The notes under the pieces were generated by a model, which did no database searches, was not told where the DNA came from, and saw only the letters and a program-made list of their open reading frames with translations. From contig CAYPQV010000008.1 in NCBI GenBank assembly GCA_964412955.1, forward strand, positions 47,309 to 111,308: a stretch of 64,000 nt of DNA. Reading direction: 5' to 3'. Numbering within the stretch: the stretch's first letter is position 1; each line of letters begins with the position of its first letter. Below, one piece after another: positions 59,081 to 64,000 of this stretch. Position numbers and translations under genes: made by a program. This stretch comes from an uncultured Hyphomicrobiales bacterium. GTDB lineage: Bacteria > Pseudomonadota > Alphaproteobacteria > Rhodospirillales > 2-12-FULL-67-15.

Positions 59081-59805
59081 CACGGCGTCGCCTCCACCGG
59101 CGCGGACGGCAGGGGCGCGGGCGCGACCGGTTCCTGTCCGCACAGGCGATCGGCTTCGGCGGTGACCATATTGAGGGAATCTTCGAGCGCCCGGCGCGCT
59201 TTTTCGATCGCGGCCGCGTCCGCGTCGCGGGCGACCGCGATCGGTTCGCCCCACACGAACGCGCCGCCGGCGAACGGTGCCGCCACCACGAACCGGTCCC
59301 AACTGCCGAGCACCTTGCGCGCGCGCGCGCCGAACGCCGCCGGCACCAAAAGCGCGCCGGAGAGGCGCGCGAGGTGGATCGCGCCGTCGCTCGCGCGCAT
59401 GCGAGGGCCCCGCGGCCCGTCGGGGGTGATGCCGACATAGTCGCCCGCCCGCAGCGCCCGCACCATCAGGCGCAACGCGGAAGCGCCGCCCCGGCTGGAG
59501 GAGCCGGCGGCGGTCTTGATTCCGAAATGGGCGACCGTGTGCGCGATCAACTGGCCGTCGGGATGGCGCGAGATCAGCATGTGGATGGTCCGGGACGCAT
59601 CCCACGCGAAGGGCATCATCAGGATCCGCCCGTGCCAGAAGCAGAGGATGAACGGCCGGCCTTCGTCCCACAATTTACGGGGAATCTCGCCGCGCACCAC
59701 GGTCCAAGACCCGCTCGCGCGCACCAGACGAATGTAGCCCGCGCCGAGCCGACAGAGCGCCCGGCGCACGCCGTCGCGGCGGAAGAAGGATTTGAACAAG
59801 CCCAC
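59080..59805 (-). CDS. DUF374 domain protein (lysophospholipid-acyltransferase-like)
   Basis: 241 aa. ...FWHGR..MMP....(S..)....S.H.DG..IA........I....GSS..GG..AL......L..G....ITPDGPRGP... The stop overlaps the waaA start. Confidence 0.75.
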   Translation of the reverse strand: MGLFKSFFRRDGVRRALCRLGAGYIRLVRASGSWTVVRGEIPRKLWDEGRPFILCFWHGRILMMPFAWDASRTIHMLISRHPDGQLIAHTVAHFGIKTAAGSSSRGGASALRLMVRALRAGDYVGITPDGPRGPRMRASDGAIHLARLSGALLVPAAFGARARKVLGSWDRFVVAAPFAGGAFVWGEPIAVARDADAAAIEKARRALEDSLNMVTAEADRLCGQEPVAPAPLPSAPVEATP

Positions 59806-59823
59806 CGCGCCCGCTCCGCCCCG

Positions 59824-61578
59824 TCACGCTTCGGCGGCGCGCGGGGCGGCTGCGGCCGTGTCGGCGCCGGCGAATTGGATGGCGTGGATGCGGGCGTAGG
59901 CGCCGCCGCGCGCGAGCAATTCGGCGTGGGTGCCCCGCTCGACGATGCGGCCGGCCTCGACCACGCAAATCTGGTCGGCGCCGGTCACCGTCGAGAGCCG
60001 GTGCGCGATCACCAGGGTCGTCCGGTTCCTGGTCAGTTCGGCGAGCGCCGCCTGGACCTGGCGTTCGGATTCGGAATCGAGCGCGCTGGTCGCCTCGTCG
60101 AGCAGCAGGATCGGCGCGTTCTTGAGCATGGCGCGCGCGATGGCGAGGCGCTGGCGCTGCCCGCCCGAAAGCTTGATGCCGCGTTCGCCGACGACCGTGT
60201 CGTAGCCCTGGGGCAGCCGGGCGATGAAGTCCTCGGCGCCGGCGGCGCGCGCGGCGGCGCGGATGTCCTCTTCGCCCGCGCCGGCGCGGCCGTAGGCGAT
60301 GTTGGCTTGCACGGTGTCGTCGAACAGGGTGACTTCCTGGCTGACCAGCGCGATGGCGCGGTTGAGGGAGGCGAAGGTGAACTCGCGCGCGTCGACGCCG
60401 TCGATGGTCACCGCGCCCTCGTTCGGATCATAGAAGCGCGGCACCAGGTTGAGGATGGTCGACTTGCCCGCGCCCGACGGGCCGACCAGGGCGACGGTCT
60501 TGCCGGCGGGCACCTCGAACGACACGCCGTCGAGGGCGAGGCGGCCGGGCACGTAGGCGAAGCGCACGTTGTCGAAGCGGATGGCGCCGCGCCGGACCTC
60601 GATCGCGCGCGCGTCGGGCGATTCGCGCACGCCGGGCTCCGTATCCAGCACCTGGAACAGGCGCTGCGCGCCGGCGAGCCCTTCCTGCAGGCTGGTGTTC
60701 AGGTTGGCGAGATGCTTCATCGGCTCGTAGGCGAGCAGCAGCGCGGTGATGAACGAAAAGAACGATCCGGCGTCGGTGACGCCGTCGATCACGCGCGCGC
60801 CGCCGTAGACGATGACCAGCGCGACGGCGATGCCGCCGAGCGTCTCCATGATCGGGCTGGCCCGCGCCCGCACCCGCGCCGCCTTCTGGGTCAGGCCGAA
60901 CACCCGCTCGACGATCGCGGCGACGCGGCGCTTTTCGTATTCCTCCATGACGTAGGATTTGACGATGCGGATGCCCTGGATCGTCTGTTCCAGGATGGTC
61001 ATCAACTGGCCCATTTCCTCCTGGGTGTGGGCGGTGACGCGCCGCATGCGCCGCCCGAGCCGCGCGATCGGCCAGACCGCGATCGGAAAGACGACGAACG
61101 CGGTCAGCGCCAGCCGCCAGTCCTGGACGAACATCACCGCCACCAGACCGACGAGCGACAGCGCGTCCTTGCCGAACCCGGTCAGCACCGTGGAAACGGC
61201 GGCGCGCATCAGTCCGATATCGACCGTGAAGCGCGAGATCAGCCGCCCGGTCGCGTTGTCGTGGAAGAAGCGCAAGTCCATGCGCGCGAGATGGGCAAAC
61301 AGGCGATTCTGGTTGTCGGCGATGATTCTGAGCCCGACGTAACTCATCAGGGTGGCCTGGGCGTAGTTGGCGATGCCCTTGACCAGGAACGTCGCCAGCA
61401 CCGCGCCGCCGATCAGCCACAGCATGGCCGGATCGCGGCCGATGAACACGTCGTTGACCACCGGCTTCATCAGCCAGGCGCTGAGCGCGGTCGCCCCCGC
61501 CATCAGTGCCATGAACACGACGGCGAGCGCGAGCGGGCCCAGGTACGGCCGCACGCTCTCGCGCAAAAGACGGCGCAT
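59824..61578 (-). CDS. msbA: Lipid A export ABC transporter, fused permease/ATPase (MsbA-like)
   Basis: ATG at 61578 ([10 protein letters not shown]...). Six-TM ABC exporter domain, Walker [29 protein letters not shown]. Heads the lipid A operon. Confidence 0.8.
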   Translation of the reverse strand: MRRLLRESVRPYLGPLALAVVFMALMAGATALSAWLMKPVVNDVFIGRDPAMLWLIGGAVLATFLVKGIANYAQATLMSYVGLRIIADNQNRLFAHLARMDLRFFHDNATGRLISRFTVDIGLMRAAVSTVLTGFGKDALSLVGLVAVMFVQDWRLALTAFVVFPIAVWPIARLGRRMRRVTAHTQEEMGQLMTILEQTIQGIRIVKSYVMEEYEKRRVAAIVERVFGLTQKAARVRARASPIMETLGGIAVALVIVYGGARVIDGVTDAGSFFSFITALLLAYEPMKHLANLNTSLQEGLAGAQRLFQVLDTEPGVRESPDARAIEVRRGAIRFDNVRFAYVPGRLALDGVSFEVPAGKTVALVGPSGAGKSTILNLVPRFYDPNEGAVTIDGVDAREFTFASLNRAIALVSQEVTLFDDTVQANIAYGRAGAGEEDIRAAARAAGAEDFIARLPQGYDTVVGERGIKLSGGQRQRLAIARAMLKNAPILLLDEATSALDSESERQVQAALAELTRNRTTLVIAHRLSTVTGADQICVVEAGRIVERGTHAELLARGGAYARIHAIQFAGADTAAAAPRAAEA

Positions 61579-61746
61579 GAGCCAGACGGAGGACGCGTGC
61601 GGCGGGTGCGCGGCGGGGCCGGTCAAGGGCTTGATTCTCCTCGCGGAACCGGAGGCTTTCGGAGGCGGACCATAGCACGCGCGGTCCCGTTCGGCCAATC
61701 GCCCGAAGGGCGTCAGGACCTTGAAATCGCGGGCGATTTTATAAAT

Positions 61747-63090
61747 TCACCGCCCGGCGACGGTGAGGCCCTCGACCAACACGGTGGGGGCGTCGGTGCC
61801 GTAACGGAAGACGAGGTCGTCCGCCGCCGTGAGGTTGAGGAACATGTCCTTCAGGTTTCCGGCGATGGTCACTTCGCTCACCGGGTGAGCGAGCGCGCCG
61901 TTGACGATGCGGAAGCCGGCGGCGCCGCGGCTGTAATCGCCGGTGACGCCGTTGACGCCCATACCGATCAACGTCGTGACGTAAAACCCGTCCTTGATGC
62001 CGGCGAGCAGTTCCTCGGGCGCGAGCGCGCCCGGCTCGAGGTAGAGATTCGAGGTCGCGGGCGACGGCGGCGACGACACGCCGCGCGCGGCGTGCCCGGT
62101 ACTTTTCAGGTTCAACTGCCGGGCCGAGCGGAGATCGAGCACCCAGGACTTGAGCACGCCCTTCTCCACCAGCTTGAGCGGGCGCGCCGGCAGCCCCTCG
62201 CCGTCGAACGGGCGCGAATTCAATCCGCGCGTGCGCAAGGGATCGTCGACGATGGTGACGGTTTCGGGAAATATCCTCGCGCCCATCTTATCTTTCAGGA
62301 ACGTGGTCCCGCGCGCGACCGACGCGCCGTTGACCGCCGAGGCCAGGTGCCGGATCAGGCTGCCGGCCACGCGCGGCTCGAACACCACCGGCATTTTCGC
62401 GGTTTCCATCTTGCGCGGGTTCAGCCTGCGCACCGCGCGCTCGCCGGCCGAACGGCCGATCGCTTCGGGTCGCGCGAGGTCGGCGGCGTGGACGGCGGAG
62501 GCGTAGTCGTAGTCGGTTTCCATCGCCGTGCCGGCCCCGGCCAGCACCGAGGCGGCGACGCCGTGATGGGTTTCCCCGCGCATCGCGGCGAACCCGTTGG
62601 AAGCGACCAGGGCGACGGTCGAGCGCGAAAAACTCGCCTGCGCGCCTTCCGAATTGGTGACGCCCGGAACCGCGCGCGCGGCGTCCTCGGCCGTGCGCGC
62701 GCGCGTTTTCAGGTCGTCGACGGTCGGGTCGCGGGTATCGGCGAGATCGAGGTCGGGAAAATCGCGGGCGAGGTCTTCCGGCTCGGCCAGGCCGCAGAAG
62801 GGATCCTCCGGCGCGGCGCGGGCCATGGCGACGGCGCGCTCGACCAGTTCGCGCAGGCCGGCGGCGGAGGTATCCGACGACGAGACCATCGCCTGGCGCT
62901 TGCCGAACAGCACGCGCAAGCCCACGTCGACGCCTTCCGCCCGTTCCAGGTTTTCGAGTTGGCCGAGCCGCCAGCCGAGGCTCATCGAGACACCGTCCGC
63001 CAGCAGGGCGTCGGCGGCGGAAGCCCCCGCATGCCGCGCGGCCGCGATCAGGTCGGAAAGCCGTTGCAGGTTGTCGGCGGAATCGGTCAT
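61747..63090 (-). CDS. pmbA: TldD/PmbA-family metalloprotease
   Basis: About 447 aa from ATG 63090 (the track start 63123 is also possible). PmbA_TldD pattern with C-terminal ...GDYS.GA.GF.I..G......V.E.TIAGN.... Confidence 0.85.
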   Translation of the reverse strand: MTDSADNLQRLSDLIAAARHAGASAADALLADGVSMSLGWRLGQLENLERAEGVDVGLRVLFGKRQAMVSSSDTSAAGLRELVERAVAMARAAPEDPFCGLAEPEDLARDFPDLDLADTRDPTVDDLKTRARTAEDAARAVPGVTNSEGAQASFSRSTVALVASNGFAAMRGETHHGVAASVLAGAGTAMETDYDYASAVHAADLARPEAIGRSAGERAVRRLNPRKMETAKMPVVFEPRVAGSLIRHLASAVNGASVARGTTFLKDKMGARIFPETVTIVDDPLRTRGLNSRPFDGEGLPARPLKLVEKGVLKSWVLDLRSARQLNLKSTGHAARGVSSPPSPATSNLYLEPGALAPEELLAGIKDGFYVTTLIGMGVNGVTGDYSRGAAGFRIVNGALAHPVSEVTIAGNLKDMFLNLTAADDLVFRYGTDAPTVLVEGLTVAGR

Positions 63091-63185
63091 GGACGGGAGG
63101 GCCGAGGGCGGGAAAGACGGCAAGCCTTTCTAATATGGCCGAAGCACCCGGCGGCACAACCCATTTCGCCGGCCAAGGTGCCGGG

Positions 63186-64000
63186 TCAACGCTTTCGTTT
63201 GCCGCCTATCGCCGCGCCCAGCGCGCGCAGCAAGTCGGCCTTGAGGTCGCCCGCGTCCTCGAGCCCGACCGAAAGCCGGACCAATCCGTCGCCGATGCCC
63301 ATGCGCGCGCGTTCGCGCGGCCCAAGACGCTGGTGGGTGGTGGTGGCGGGGTGAGTGATCAGGCTCTTGGTGTCGCCCAGATTGTTGGAGATATCGACCA
63401 GTTCGAGCGCGTCGAGGAAGCGGAACGCGGCGCGCTTTCCTCCGTCGAGGTCGAAACTCACCAGCGTTCCACCCGCCGCCATCTGCTTGCGGGCCAGCCG
63501 ATACTGGGGATGCGAAGAAAGCCCGGGATAGAGCACCCGCGCGACGCCCCGGCGCCCTTCGAGAAAACGCGCGAGGGCGAGAGCCGTCGCGCACTGGGCC
63601 TTGACGCGGAGATCGAGGGTTTCGAGCCCCTTCAGCAACACCCAGGCGTTGAACGGGCTCAGCGCCGGCCCGGTGTGGCGATAGAAGGGGGTGAGGTGGT
63701 TTTGGAAATAGTCACGGTCGTTGGTCAGGATCGCACCGCCCAAGGCACGCCCCTGGCCGTCGATGTGCTTGGTCGCCGAATAAACGACAATGTCGGCGCC
63801 GAGGGCGAGCGGCTTCTGCAGCAGCGGCGTCGCGAATACGTTGTCGACCACCACCTTGGCGCCGGCACGATGGGCGAGCTTGGCGACGGCCTTGATATCG
63901 ATGATCTCGAGCGTCGGATTGGCGGGACTCTCAAGAAACACCGCGCGGGTCGGACGGGCAAGCGCGCGCGCCCACGCCTTGAGGTCGGTGCCGTCCACCA
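63186..64000 (-). CDS. metZ: O-succinylhomoserine sulfhydrylase / Cys-Met-metabolism PLP enzyme (3' part only; the gene runs off the window)
   Basis: ...VVYSATKHIDGQGR.LGG... PLP-lysine motif, ...NLGD.KSL..HPA.TTH... The N-terminus lies beyond position 64000. Confidence 0.8.
   Translation of the reverse strand, partial: VDGTDLKAWARALARPTRAVFLESPANPTLEIIDIKAVAKLAHRAGAKVVVDNVFATPLLQKPLALGADIVVYSATKHIDGQGRALGGAILTNDRDYFQNHLTPFYRHTGPALSPFNAWVLLKGLETLDLRVKAQCATALALARFLEGRRGVARVLYPGLSSHPQYRLARKQMAAGGTLVSFDLDGGKRAAFRFLDALELVDISNNLGDTKSLITHPATTTHQRLGPRERARMGIGDGLVRLSVGLEDAGDLKADLLRALGAAIGGKRKR

Noticed and set aside
58912-63354. 1480-aa ORF on the + strand across waaA/DUF374/msbA/pmbA
   Set aside because: It is antisense to four well-supported genes with clear motifs. 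The translation is low-complexity (R/G/A/D-rich). It is an artefact of GC content.

Overview
High-GC (about two-thirds G+C by eye) chromosomal segment, most consistent with an alphaproteobacterium of Rhodospirillales type. It is densely packed with housekeeping genes, many translationally coupled through ATGA/GTGA/TTGA overlaps. I could support about 55 CDSs. These include: a porin; glmS-glmU; gph; prmA; uvrD; phoR-like/pstB-phoU-phoB; groES-groEL with a CIRCE operator; a sugar ABC transporter; tartrate dehydrogenase; ribF-ileS-lspA followed by a DUF3035 protein and an M16 peptidase pair; pgi-mutL; rsmD; rluB; tadA; purD; xseA; the Kdo2-lipid A operon msbA-DUF374-waaA-lpxK-lpxL; pmbA; and a partial metZ. 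There is also one tRNA-Val(CAC). I see no CRISPR array, prophage, transposase, intact integrase or recognisable defence island, so most of the window is ordinary core genome. The places worth a second look are: (1) a translationally coupled GT2 / TVP38(DedA-superfamily) / GT39(ArnT-like) module, plus a second GT-C-like polytopic protein coupled to an AEC transporter, which together flank groESL; (2) tandem diverged DUF2336 paralogues next to tRNA-Val, ending in a 274-bp nested-hairpin element closed by a perfect 26-bp inverted repeat; (3) a DUF559 endonuclease ORF bracketed by inverted GC-rich hairpin repeats, with a gene-less copy of the same repeats 47 kb away; (4) a secreted trypsin-fold/PDZ protein in which all three catalytic residues appear substituted; (5) a TPR-GT41 (OGT-like) protein next to glmSU; (6) an ORF carrying only the N-terminal domain of an integrase. 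The many very long Arg/Gly/Pro-rich ORFs in the track are alternative-frame artefacts of the high GC content. All functional calls rest on motif and family recognition by eye, since no searches could be run.
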